Assembly: GCA_046300175.1 (NCBI GenBank)
Contig: JBKCMS010000065.1
Location: 11,270-75,269 of the forward strand
DNA length: 64,000 nucleotides
Source of the DNA: Pseudomonadota bacterium
Lineage (GTDB): Bacteria > Bdellovibrionota_C > UBA2361 > OMII01
Reading direction: 5' to 3'
Made by a program: the position numbers and the translations under genes. This document shows, in pieces, positions 10,505-18,919 of the stretch. Numbering within the stretch: the first letter of the stretch is position 1; every line of letters starts with the position of its first letter. The notes under the pieces were generated by a model, which saw only the letters and a program-made list of their open reading frames with translations, searched no databases and was not told where the DNA came from.

Positions 10505-11382
10505 TTATCTCCCCAATCAAAACCACGATCTTTTCCGATTAACCGCCGCAGCGTATACACATCTGAATTGTTCAGTTCTGAACGGTAGAGAGGAAATTGC
10601 TCCCAGTTATCCCACAAAGCACTGATTAGTTTTCCGCTGATTCCATCACTTTGTGGACTGGCAAGGAAGAGGCATAGCGATACCGCAGGGCCAAATGGAG
10701 CCCCACCTGAATCTAGCTGCTCAAGAGCTCGCTTGTATGCGGCTTCTCCGATCCTCTCTGGGCCAGCGTCTAAAAGTTCACCTAGAAGGCGAGTATTCAG
10801 CGCGCCAGGTGCAACGGAATTTACATCGATGTTAAACTCACGAAGATCTTCAGCAAGAGACTCTGCATACCTGACTACAGCTACTTTTGAAGCGGCATAG
10901 GCTGTGAAGCGTGGGTTTGGTTGAGTCGCGCCTCCACCCGAGAGTTGTACAATTTTGCCGTAGCGCGCGTGCTTCATATACGGTACAACGGCCCGCGTCA
11001 TTAAAACCGAACCGAAAAGATTGACCTGAATAGTGTAGGTCCACTCATCCCAAGGAATCTCTTCGGTCGGGCCCTTAGGTCCATGAATTCCCGCGTTGTT
11101 GACGAGAATGTCTATTTTTCCGCTAAAAAGCTTGGAAGCGCTCTGGATAAGCCGAGTGACATCCGCTTCCTTTGAGACATCAGCTGTAATAGCAGCCAGA
11201 CTTTGGTCAGCGCTGAGATTGGAGCGAAGATTAGAGGCTGCAGCTTCAAGAGCTTCCCCGTTTCGGGCGCACATGCAGACGTTAGTCCCAGCCGCGACAA
11301 AGGCAGCAGCAAGTTGCAAGCCAAGTCCCTGACTTGCGCCGGTTATGATTGCTGTCTTACCTCTGAGTCCCTCCATCTGCAT
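10501..11382 (-). CDS. Short-chain dehydrogenase/reductase (SDR)
   Basis: KTAIITGASQGLGLQLA is a TGxxxGxG motif, NNAG is present, and YAASKVAV is the YxxxK catalytic motif. Confidence 0.8.
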   Translation of the reverse strand: MQMEGLRGKTAIITGASQGLGLQLAAAFVAAGTNVCMCARNGEALEAAASNLRSNLSADQSLAAITADVSKEADVTRLIQSASKLFSGKIDILVNNAGIHGPKGPTEEIPWDEWTYTIQVNLFGSVLMTRAVVPYMKHARYGKIVQLSGGGATQPNPRFTAYAASKVAVVRYAESLAEDLREFNIDVNSVAPGALNTRLLGELLDAGPERIGEAAYKRALEQLDSGGAPFGPAVSLCLFLASPQSDGISGKLISALWDNWEQFPLYRSELNNSDVYTLRRLIGKDRGFDWGDK

Positions 11383-11401
11383 GGTCCTCTAGCAGCGCTC
11401 C

Positions 11402-12400
11402 CTAGAGCCTACTCTCAAACACCCACTTATTATCAAGAAGCCAGCGCACTGTCGCCTTTACACCTTGCTCAATTGAGAGCTTGGGTTCCCAGCCCAGTGA
11501 GTTCACTTTGGAGGTGTCGAGAAATATAAACGGATTGTCGCCAGTCCAGCCGCGCTCGCCACCAGAGGTCTCTATCGTTGGCTTCACACCCAATTCTTGG
11601 CAGATCCAACCGACGGAGTTGAGAACCTCACAGTATTCTTTCGTGCCAAGATTGAATACTCCGACATTGTGTTGCTCGGATGTAGCAGCACGTTTGCCAA
11701 TGGTCCACAGAATAGCATCAAGGCAGTCCTGGACGTATAGGTAAGATTTTCTCTGCTTGCCGTTACCTAGCACGCGCAGGTGCGCTGGGTTTGAAATGAG
11801 TTGCTTGCAGAAATCAAAGACGTGCCCGTGCGTGTATCGCTCGCCAAGGATGGAGACGAAACGAAAGATATAACCCTCGAATCCGTATCCCTCACAATAG
11901 GCTTGTATTAGCCCTTCGCCGGCGACCTTTGATGCTCCGTAGAGAGAGGTCTGGACTGGAAATGGCGCGTCCTCCGGAGTAGGGATGACTTTCGCCTCGC
12001 CGTACACAGAGCCGGTTGATGAGAAAGCAATCCGCTTTACATCGTTGGCCCGCATCGCTTCGAGGACATTAAAGGTTGCAATCGTATTCTGCTGAAGATC
12101 GCGCTCGGGGTGATTGAGCCCAAACCTTACGTCGGCGTTGGCAGCGAAGTGAAAGACGATGTCCACACCGATAAGAGCTTCTTGAAGTTCGTTGAGCCTG
12201 AGGGTGTCTCCGCGGACTAGTCTAAACCGCGAGTTTTTTGATGCTGCCGAAAGGAACAGCTCCTGGCCGGTTGAGAAGTTGTCAAATCCGACCACTTCAT
12301 GCCCAAGAGAGAGCAGTCGGTCAACCATGGAGCTACCGATGAAGCCGGCGGCTCCAGTAACCAAGGCTCGAAGGGGTTGGTTAGAGAGGGGTGTCGTCAT
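11402..12400 (-). CDS. NAD-dependent epimerase/dehydratase (extended SDR), a candidate GDP-heptose/GDP-sugar modifying enzyme
   Basis: ALVTGAAGFIGSSMVDRLL and YGASKVAGE are the motifs. It is co-located with the GDP-heptose pathway genes. Confidence 0.8.
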   Translation of the reverse strand: MTTPLSNQPLRALVTGAAGFIGSSMVDRLLSLGHEVVGFDNFSTGQELFLSAASKNSRFRLVRGDTLRLNELQEALIGVDIVFHFAANADVRFGLNHPERDLQQNTIATFNVLEAMRANDVKRIAFSSTGSVYGEAKVIPTPEDAPFPVQTSLYGASKVAGEGLIQAYCEGYGFEGYIFRFVSILGERYTHGHVFDFCKQLISNPAHLRVLGNGKQRKSYLYVQDCLDAILWTIGKRAATSEQHNVGVFNLGTKEYCEVLNSVGWICQELGVKPTIETSGGERGWTGDNPFIFLDTSKVNSLGWEPKLSIEQGVKATVRWLLDNKWVFESRL

Positions 12401-12579
12401 GGTATCGCTCGAAAAATCCGGGGCTGTCAGGTGTCTTTATTTGGGCGCTCCGCGGTTTGACACGTGACTGAAAGAGCATGTAGCATTCTTGGTTTTAAAT
12501 CAACCAATAGGGCGGATTTGAAGTCAAATTACCGGTTGCTCAAGGGTGGTACGGAATATGTCGCGTTCTGGAGGATACA

Positions 12580-13311
12580 GTGACAGCTGAGCCGATTCTT
12601 CCAGTAGTGGTGCTAGCAGGGGGCCAAGCAACCCGGCTAAGGCCGATAACGGAGACCATTCCAAAATGCCTGGTTGAGGTTCAGGGTGTGCCATTTATCG
12701 ATATCCAGCTCCGACAGTTGGCAGGCCAGGGTGTGCGCCGAGTGTTTTTGCTGGTGGGCTACCTTGGCGAGATGGTGCGGCAACACGTAGGCACCGGCGA
12801 GCGGTATGGGCTCTCAGTAACGGTGGTTCAGGATGGGCCTAAATTACTCGGGACAGCCGGCTCGATCAAGGCAGCTCGCTCCCTCCTTCCTCCCATGTTT
12901 TTTGTTCTCTACGGGGATTCGTACTTGCGGTGCTCATATGCTGATGTTCAACGAGCGTTTGAGGCTGGTGCAAGACCTGTACTGATGACTGTGTTTAGGA
13001 ACGATAAGCAGTGGGACACTAGTAATGTGATATTTGCAGATGGCAGAGTGGTCAGGTACAGCAAAAGAAACCTTTCGCCAGATATGCGTCACATCGATTA
13101 TGGACTTATGGTGTTCAGTCGAGATGTGTTTGATACTGTCCCCGATTGGGAGCCCTATGATCTCGCAGCGGTGCTTGAAGAGCAGGTTAGCAGGGGTAAC
13201 GTGACCGGGTTTGAGGTTAATGAGCGCTTTTATGAGATCGGGTCGCACTCAGGGTTGAAGGATTTAGGTGAGTTTTTTGAATCGAGTGCAATTCGCAGCA
13301 GCGCAAGTTAG
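12580..13311 (+). CDS. hddC: Sugar-1-phosphate nucleotidyltransferase, probably D-glycero-alpha-D-manno-heptose 1-phosphate guanylyltransferase (HddC-like)
   Basis: VVLAGGQATRLRPITETIPKCLV is a G-x-G-T-R-L nucleotidyltransferase motif. It is small (243 aa) and sits in an operon context with gmhA and gmhB. Confidence 0.7.
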   Translation: MTAEPILPVVVLAGGQATRLRPITETIPKCLVEVQGVPFIDIQLRQLAGQGVRRVFLLVGYLGEMVRQHVGTGERYGLSVTVVQDGPKLLGTAGSIKAARSLLPPMFFVLYGDSYLRCSYADVQRAFEAGARPVLMTVFRNDKQWDTSNVIFADGRVVRYSKRNLSPDMRHIDYGLMVFSRDVFDTVPDWEPYDLAAVLEEQVSRGNVTGFEVNERFYEIGSHSGLKDLGEFFESSAIRSSAS

Positions 13312-13358
13312 TGCTTGGGAGTGGTGCGTTTGCAATAGATTGTTTAACCGTTATTAAC

Positions 13359-13976
13359 ATGGATAGGGTGATTGCTATGGAGTTCGCAGCGAAGTTTCTC
13401 GATGAAGTTCAAGAGGTGTGTCGCCGTCTAGATTGTGCAGAGATTGAGCGAATGGCGCAGTTGTTGGCAACGGTTCGTGAGTCAGGCGGGCGTTTGTTTA
13501 TTCTGGGAGTCGGTGGTAGCGCCGGTAACGCCGCGCACGCAGTGAACGATTTTCGAAAGATAGTTGGCATTGAGACCTACGCGCCAACAGATAATGTGTC
13601 TGAGCTTACTGCTCGCACGAACGATGAAGGTTGGAGTACGGTTTTTTCTGAGTGGTTGGCGGTGAGCCGCCTTTCATCAAAAGATGCAGTGCTGGTGTTC
13701 TCCGTGGGTGGGGGCGATCTAGCGCGTAATGTGAGTCCAAATCTCGTGGAGGCCCTGAAGTATGCCAAGGAGGTGGGGGCAAGGATAACTGGTATCGTTG
13801 GTCGTGATGGTGGATTTACTAAGACTATGGCTGATGTCTGTGTTGTAGTTCCAACAGTTAATCCGGACCACGTTACTCCCCACAGCGAGGCATTTCAGGG
13901 GGTAGTGTGGCACCTGCTAGTATCCCATCCACTCCTGAAAAAGCGGCAGACTAAATGGGAGGGAGCGGCTCGATGA
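13359..13976 (+). CDS. gmhA: Sedoheptulose 7-phosphate isomerase (SIS domain, GmhA)
   Basis: LFILGVGGSAGNAAHAVNDF is a SIS-domain motif and the size (~200 aa) fits GmhA. Start chosen at ATG 13359. Confidence 0.75.
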   Translation: MDRVIAMEFAAKFLDEVQEVCRRLDCAEIERMAQLLATVRESGGRLFILGVGGSAGNAAHAVNDFRKIVGIETYAPTDNVSELTARTNDEGWSTVFSEWLAVSRLSSKDAVLVFSVGGGDLARNVSPNLVEALKYAKEVGARITGIVGRDGGFTKTMADVCVVVPTVNPDHVTPHSEAFQGVVWHLLVSHPLLKKRQTKWEGAAR

Positions 13977-14509
13977 GCGGACCCAGAGCCGTTTTTCTTG
14001 ATCGGGATGGAGTTCTGAATGCCTCGGTTGTACGACATGGCAAGCCCTATCCGCCGGCCAACATAGCAGAGGTTGTTGTTCCTGATGATGTCCCCGAAGC
14101 GGTATCTATGCTGAAACGTGCCGGGTTTCTTCTTATCTGTTGCACGAACCAACCTGATGTTGGTAGGGGAACCCAGAGTATTCAAGAAGTTGAGCGGATA
14201 AACCGGTATCTTGCTGATCTCCTTGGATTGGACTCCGTTGAGGTGTGCTACGATGCAGCAGATGGAGGGCCCCGCAGAAAGCCGGAGCCGGGGATGCTGT
14301 TGGATGCAGCAGATCGTTTCAGTATCGATCTGTCGAGGAGCTTTATGGTTGGGGATAGGTGGCGTGATATCGAAGCTGGCCGTAGAGCTGGCTGCACACC
14401 GGTTTTCATAGACCTGGGTTACCACGAGCAGTGGCCGGTAGCTTTAGCAGAGCATGTGGTGTATTCATTAAGTGGTGCAGCTGAGCTAATAATGAAGCTT
14501 GCGAGATAA
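13973..14509 (+). CDS. gmhB: D,D-heptose 1,7-bisphosphate phosphatase (HAD-IIIA, GmhB)
   Basis: AVFLDRDGVLN is HAD motif I as seen in GmhB, and the size is ~180 aa. The ATG at 13973 is preceded by a GGGAGGG RBS and overlaps the gmhA stop. Confidence 0.75.
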   Translation: MSGPRAVFLDRDGVLNASVVRHGKPYPPANIAEVVVPDDVPEAVSMLKRAGFLLICCTNQPDVGRGTQSIQEVERINRYLADLLGLDSVEVCYDAADGGPRRKPEPGMLLDAADRFSIDLSRSFMVGDRWRDIEAGRRAGCTPVFIDLGYHEQWPVALAEHVVYSLSGAAELIMKLAR

Positions 14510-14558
14510 TATTTTTTTATAAGCTGGTTAATAGCTAGGTGGGTAAGAGTTAACTTTA

Positions 14559-15350
14559 TTGTTTCGGTTTGTGGCTATGGAAACTGTGACGCTTGAATCT
14601 GTGACTCTTGAAGCTTTAAGGGTGAAGTTGTTTGCCGATGGAGCTGACAAGGCCGGGATGCTTGAGATGTACGCTAATCCCTACATCAAAGGTTTCACCA
14701 CTAATCCAACGTTGATGCGCAAAGCGGGCATATCGGACTATCTTGGCTTTGCACAAGAGATTTTAGAGCATATTCCAGACCGGCCGCTCTCTCTTGAGGT
14801 TTTCTCGGACGATTTTGCAGAGATGGAGCTACAAGCTCTCAAGCTTGCCCGTTTAAGTGACACAGTTTACGTAAAGCTCCCGATCACCAACACCCGCGGA
14901 GAGTCGGCGTTACCGCTGGTTCGACGCCTAGCGGAAAGGGGAGTCAAGACAAATGTAACGGCAGTCATGACTCGAAAGCAGATAGAGGAGTCGCATGAGG
15001 CCTTGAAGAATGGGCCGGCCTGCTACTTATCTGTGTTTGCCGGTCGCATAGCCGATAGCGGGATTGATCCAGTGCCGCTAATGCGTGAGACGGTGCAGCA
15101 GATCAGCGGGTCATCGAATATAGAGCTTATCTGGGCCAGCCCGCGGGAACTGCTCAATGTTGTTCAGGCTCACAATGTAGGGTGCCACATAATCACTGCG
15201 ACCAATGATATCTTGAAAAAGCTGCCACTTCTGGGGAAAGATTTAGGGCAGTTTTCTCTGGAAACAGTTCAGATGTTCAGGAGCGACGCGGTTCAGGCTG
15301 GATTTTCGTTGCCTCTTAACGACGACCTACCTATGGCTGGTAATCAGTAG
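14559..15350 (+). CDS. tal: Transaldolase / fructose-6-phosphate aldolase family (type 3B)
   Basis: KGFTTNPTLM is the TTNPSL active-site region, the protein is ~250 aa, and it has the TIM-barrel aldolase pattern. It would supply sedoheptulose-7-P to GmhA. Confidence 0.7.
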   Translation: MFRFVAMETVTLESVTLEALRVKLFADGADKAGMLEMYANPYIKGFTTNPTLMRKAGISDYLGFAQEILEHIPDRPLSLEVFSDDFAEMELQALKLARLSDTVYVKLPITNTRGESALPLVRRLAERGVKTNVTAVMTRKQIEESHEALKNGPACYLSVFAGRIADSGIDPVPLMRETVQQISGSSNIELIWASPRELLNVVQAHNVGCHIITATNDILKKLPLLGKDLGQFSLETVQMFRSDAVQAGFSLPLNDDLPMAGNQ

Positions 15351-15466
15351 GCTGAAGCCTAGATTCTCACGGAAAGCGCCGCACAGCGGCAGAGAGTGAG
15401 GTTGGGTCCGAAATTTGACTGGCATCCGCTTGAGGCGGATTTAGAGCGAGCAGTGCAGAGTAATCT

Positions 15467-16438
15467 TTGTGGATGGTGAGTATGAGTGGGGTAGCTTTAG
15501 CTGATCAAGTTTCAGGGGCTGGTGGGGCAATCGTCCACTCTGGGTGTGTAGCCTGCGGGGGTAGCGCCGTGCACTCATTTCGCTCGTTTAAGACGCGAAG
15601 TGTAAGTCAGTGCTCTTCGTGTGGTCTTCAATGGCAAAATCCACAACCTTCGGATTCGGAGTTGGCTGAAATCTATGGAACTTACTATTTCATCGGCTCT
15701 GATGATGGTGAGGTTCGAGCCCGGAAATTGCTAATCAAACAGCTGACGGCGAAGTTGTACCTGGACATGATCGAAGGATACCGAGCTGCTTCGGGTAGAG
15801 GCGCTGATGCTGGAGGGGCAATTCTAGAAGTAGGCAGCGGGCAGGGTGAATTCCTCAGCGAGGCTCTAAGTCGGGGCTACTCGGTAACCGGGGTAGAGTA
15901 CTCGTCCGATGCCTGTGAGTCAGCGCGTTCATCTCTGGCTGAGCTAAATCCGCAGCGGGATAGGTTTAGCATAGAGCAGGGGGCGCTAGAGGCAGTTAAT
16001 CTTCGTCCTGGCACTTTCGATCTCTGTGTGATGAACGATGTGATCGAGCATGTTCGGGAACCTCAGAAGACACTGGCACGCTTAAGAGAGTTGCTGAAGC
16101 CAGGAGGGGTTATCTTCATTGCAACGCCAAGCCTGGATTCCTGGTCTGCGAAACTCATGGGCAGTCTATGGATGGAGTACAAAGATGAACACCTTTTCTT
16201 TTTCTCAAACAAGTCTCTGACAAAGATACTGGAGAATAATGGGTTCTCCCGTGTGGCATTAAAGCCTGGTCTAAAGGTGTTGACGCTTGAGTATGTGGCG
16301 CAACACTTCGATAAGTTCCCAGTACCGGGATTCTCTCCATTGGTTAAGGGGTGTGTCGGGCTCCTACCCCGTTCTGTTGCCAGGCGACCTATTCGAATAG
16401 TGGCAAGTGGGGTAATAGCCATGGCAACAGCTAGCTAA
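15467..16438 (+). CDS. SAM-dependent methyltransferase with an N-terminal Cys4 zinc-ribbon (paralog-like to the 6217-7230 gene in architecture)
   Basis: CVACGGSAVHSF...CSSCGLQW forms CxxC...CxxC at the N-terminus. It is followed by ILEVGSGQGEFL (motif I) and LKPGGVIFIATP. Confidence 0.7.
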   Translation: MWMVSMSGVALADQVSGAGGAIVHSGCVACGGSAVHSFRSFKTRSVSQCSSCGLQWQNPQPSDSELAEIYGTYYFIGSDDGEVRARKLLIKQLTAKLYLDMIEGYRAASGRGADAGGAILEVGSGQGEFLSEALSRGYSVTGVEYSSDACESARSSLAELNPQRDRFSIEQGALEAVNLRPGTFDLCVMNDVIEHVREPQKTLARLRELLKPGGVIFIATPSLDSWSAKLMGSLWMEYKDEHLFFFSNKSLTKILENNGFSRVALKPGLKVLTLEYVAQHFDKFPVPGFSPLVKGCVGLLPRSVARRPIRIVASGVIAMATAS

Positions 16439-16469
16439 CTGTTGTACTTTGCTTGATATGCTGTTTGGT

Positions 16470-16537
16470 ATTGCTTGATCGGGGGCGCTTAACCGGGGCG
16501 CTTGATAGGGCCGCTTGACAGGGCCGCTTGATAGGGG
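16470..16537. repeat. Degenerate ~13-bp tandem repeats x5 (cgcttgataggg-like) upstream of wzm
   Basis: The units are gcttgatcggggg, cgcttaaccgggg, cgcttgataggg, ccgcttgacaggg and ccgcttgatagggg. Confidence 0.65.
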
Positions 16538-16585
16538 CTCACGCTGGCAAGTACAGCTCCCTTGGTGTAAGTTTCTAGGCTGCAC

Positions 16586-17443
16586 ATGCACACTATCGCG
16601 CCATCTTCACAATCTGACTCTTTGCTTCAGGTATTCACCAATGTGCTTGCGCCGTGGCATACCCTAAAGGAATCTCGAGGGCTGATTGCCAGCCTAGCGC
16701 GCCGAGAGGTGCGCGCTCGCTTTGCAGGTACGTTGCTGGGAGGGGCTTGGACGGTCATATCGCCCCTGATTATGTTAGCGATCTATAGTTTTGTTTTTGG
16801 GGTTGTTTTTAAAGGTAAGTGGGGACAAAGCAACGAGCAGAGTCTGGCCAACTTTGCTCTCATAATCTTCTGTAGTATCTCGGCATTTGCCATCTTTCAA
16901 GAGTGTCTGGTCAAAGCGCCATCATTGGTGATTTCGCAGCCTAATTTAGTAAAGCGAGTGGTGTTTCCAACAGAAACCCTGGTACTAAGTTCCCTAGCAG
17001 CAGCGCTCTTTCAAGCTCTGATAAATTTCACCTTGGTGATCTGCGCTCTCTATGTGCTGAACGGCGCGGTTCCAGTGACGGTGCTGTTGCTTCCTGTAAT
17101 GCTTTTACCTTTGGTATTCATGACCCTTGGGGCAGCCTGGCTCCTTGCAAGTTTGGGAGTTTTTTTCCGCGATATACAGCATATAGTTGGTCTTGTAGCG
17201 AATGCTTTGCTTTTTCTGACGCCGATATTTTTCTCACTAGAGATGTTGCCTTCATCAGTGAGATTTTACGCTGAGCTGAATCCGTTGGCTCCGATCATTG
17301 AGGGGATAAGAGATGTAGTTTTGTGGGGAGAGATTCCGAATCTGAACTCTTTTGTCGTCTCTCTGGTTATATCTTGGTGTGTAATGCAGCTAGGGTATGC
17401 TGTCTTTATGCGTCTCAAGCCAACTTTTGCCGATGTCATCTAA
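16586..17443 (+). CDS. wzm: ABC-2 type polysaccharide export permease (Wzm-like)
   Basis: It has about 6 TM helices and is ~285 aa, with an ABC-2 signature region. It lies immediately upstream of the ATPase. Confidence 0.75.
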   Translation: MHTIAPSSQSDSLLQVFTNVLAPWHTLKESRGLIASLARREVRARFAGTLLGGAWTVISPLIMLAIYSFVFGVVFKGKWGQSNEQSLANFALIIFCSISAFAIFQECLVKAPSLVISQPNLVKRVVFPTETLVLSSLAAALFQALINFTLVICALYVLNGAVPVTVLLLPVMLLPLVFMTLGAAWLLASLGVFFRDIQHIVGLVANALLFLTPIFFSLEMLPSSVRFYAELNPLAPIIEGIRDVVLWGEIPNLNSFVVSLVISWCVMQLGYAVFMRLKPTFADVI

Positions 17444-17458
17444 GGGAACTAGGGAGCC

Positions 17459-18919
17459 ATGGCGCTGGTGCAAGGATTCGAATCAGAGACGGGTAGGAGC
17501 TTAGACACATTGGCTACAGCTGAGGGTCGACGAGCAGCAGAGGATTTGGTCATCAATCTCTCCGGAGTTTCAAAGCTGTATCGTATTTGGGCGTCGCCAG
17601 CTGCTCGATTTAAGGCGCCGGTTCTGTCAAAGGTGGCGGGCCTATTGCCGGCAGCTGCAAAACTCCGTGATAAATTAAGCGCTAAAGCTGCTGGCATGTG
17701 CCGAGATTTCTATGCAGTGTCTGATGTCAATCTACAGGTGCGCAGAGGTGAGTCAGTGGCGATCGTTGGTCGAAACGGTGCCGGAAAGAGCACTCTGCTG
17801 CAGATAATTGCCGGAACTTTACAGGCCACATCAGGCAGTGTTGCCGTTCAGGGAAGGGTGGCTGCTCTATTGGAATTGGGAAGCGGATTCAATCCGGAAT
17901 TTACTGGCCGGGAGAATGTCTATTTGAATGCGTCGATTCTCGGGCTGTCTAAAGACGAGATTAACCAACGCTTTGAATCGATCGTGGAATTTGCAGAGAT
18001 AGGTGAATATCTTGATCAACCTGTAAAAACCTATTCCAGTGGCATGGTCATGCGGCTCGCCTTTGCCGTCCAAACAGCTATTGAACCAGATGTCCTGATT
18101 GTTGATGAAGCGCTCTCTGTAGGGGACAGCCTGTTTCAAGCTAAATGTATGACGCGCATGCGTAAGATGCTTGATAATGGCCTGACGTTGCTTTTTGTAA
18201 CTCACGATGTGTCTTTAGTCACCCAGCTATGCCGTAAAGCTCTTTATTTGCGAAACGGTGAGCAGAGACTTTTTGGTAATGCAGCAGATGTGGTCGATCT
18301 CTATCTAAGGGATTTGCGTGACACCCAGGCAGGAGTTGTTAGAAGTGATTTAAAGCCTATAAGTAGCGATACAAGTGAGGTGACCCATGCCTCATCATCA
18401 GTGGAGTTTTTAGAGGACGCAGGCTTTGATGATCGTGTTAAAAGCTACCGCTACGGTTCGGGACGTGCGCGAGTTAGAGCTTTGCAAATACTTGGAGCAG
18501 ACGGTGAGCCCTCGATTTCTTTCTGCTTCAGGGAAAAGATAACGGTACGTGCCCACATTGAAACCTACGGTGAAGTTAGTAATCTAAATTGTTGTCTGCT
18601 TATAAGAAATAGACTCGGTGTCGAGATTCTTCACGCTACGTCTCACCAATACAGACACCGCTTCCCAGTGATGAAGACGGGAGAACGTATAGTGGTGGAT
18701 ATATCCTTTGAGAATATTTTAAAGGCCGGCCAAGGATATGCGATCAGCTTTACTGTGAATGATACCGTTACCCCAGAGAGCCAAGAGATACTAGATCTAA
18801 TCGAGTTGGCGGCGTCATTTGAGGTCAGACATGACCCTACTAATCCAATCTACTACTTGATTTGGCATCCATTTGAATTTTCTCATCACGCGACACTAGG
18901 CGGTGAGGTGCTCTTATGA
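17459..18919 (+). CDS. wzt: ABC transporter ATP-binding protein (Wzt-like) with a C-terminal extension (~200 aa), a putative glycan-terminus-binding domain
   Basis: Walker A is GRNGAGKSTLLQ, the signature is YSSGMVMRLAF, and Walker B is LIVDEALSVGD. The extra C-terminal domain is as in the O-antigen Wzt proteins. Confidence 0.8.
   Translation: MALVQGFESETGRSLDTLATAEGRRAAEDLVINLSGVSKLYRIWASPAARFKAPVLSKVAGLLPAAAKLRDKLSAKAAGMCRDFYAVSDVNLQVRRGESVAIVGRNGAGKSTLLQIIAGTLQATSGSVAVQGRVAALLELGSGFNPEFTGRENVYLNASILGLSKDEINQRFESIVEFAEIGEYLDQPVKTYSSGMVMRLAFAVQTAIEPDVLIVDEALSVGDSLFQAKCMTRMRKMLDNGLTLLFVTHDVSLVTQLCRKALYLRNGEQRLFGNAADVVDLYLRDLRDTQAGVVRSDLKPISSDTSEVTHASSSVEFLEDAGFDDRVKSYRYGSGRARVRALQILGADGEPSISFCFREKITVRAHIETYGEVSNLNCCLLIRNRLGVEILHATSHQYRHRFPVMKTGERIVVDISFENILKAGQGYAISFTVNDTVTPESQEILDLIELAASFEVRHDPTNPIYYLIWHPFEFSHHATLGGEVLL

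Noticed and set aside
16470-16537. Possible CRISPR array (also considered for 40548-40599 and 54908-54949)
   Set aside because: The units are only 13-14 bp and directly abut each other with no spacers. There are no cas genes in the window. These are simple tandem repeats, not CRISPR.
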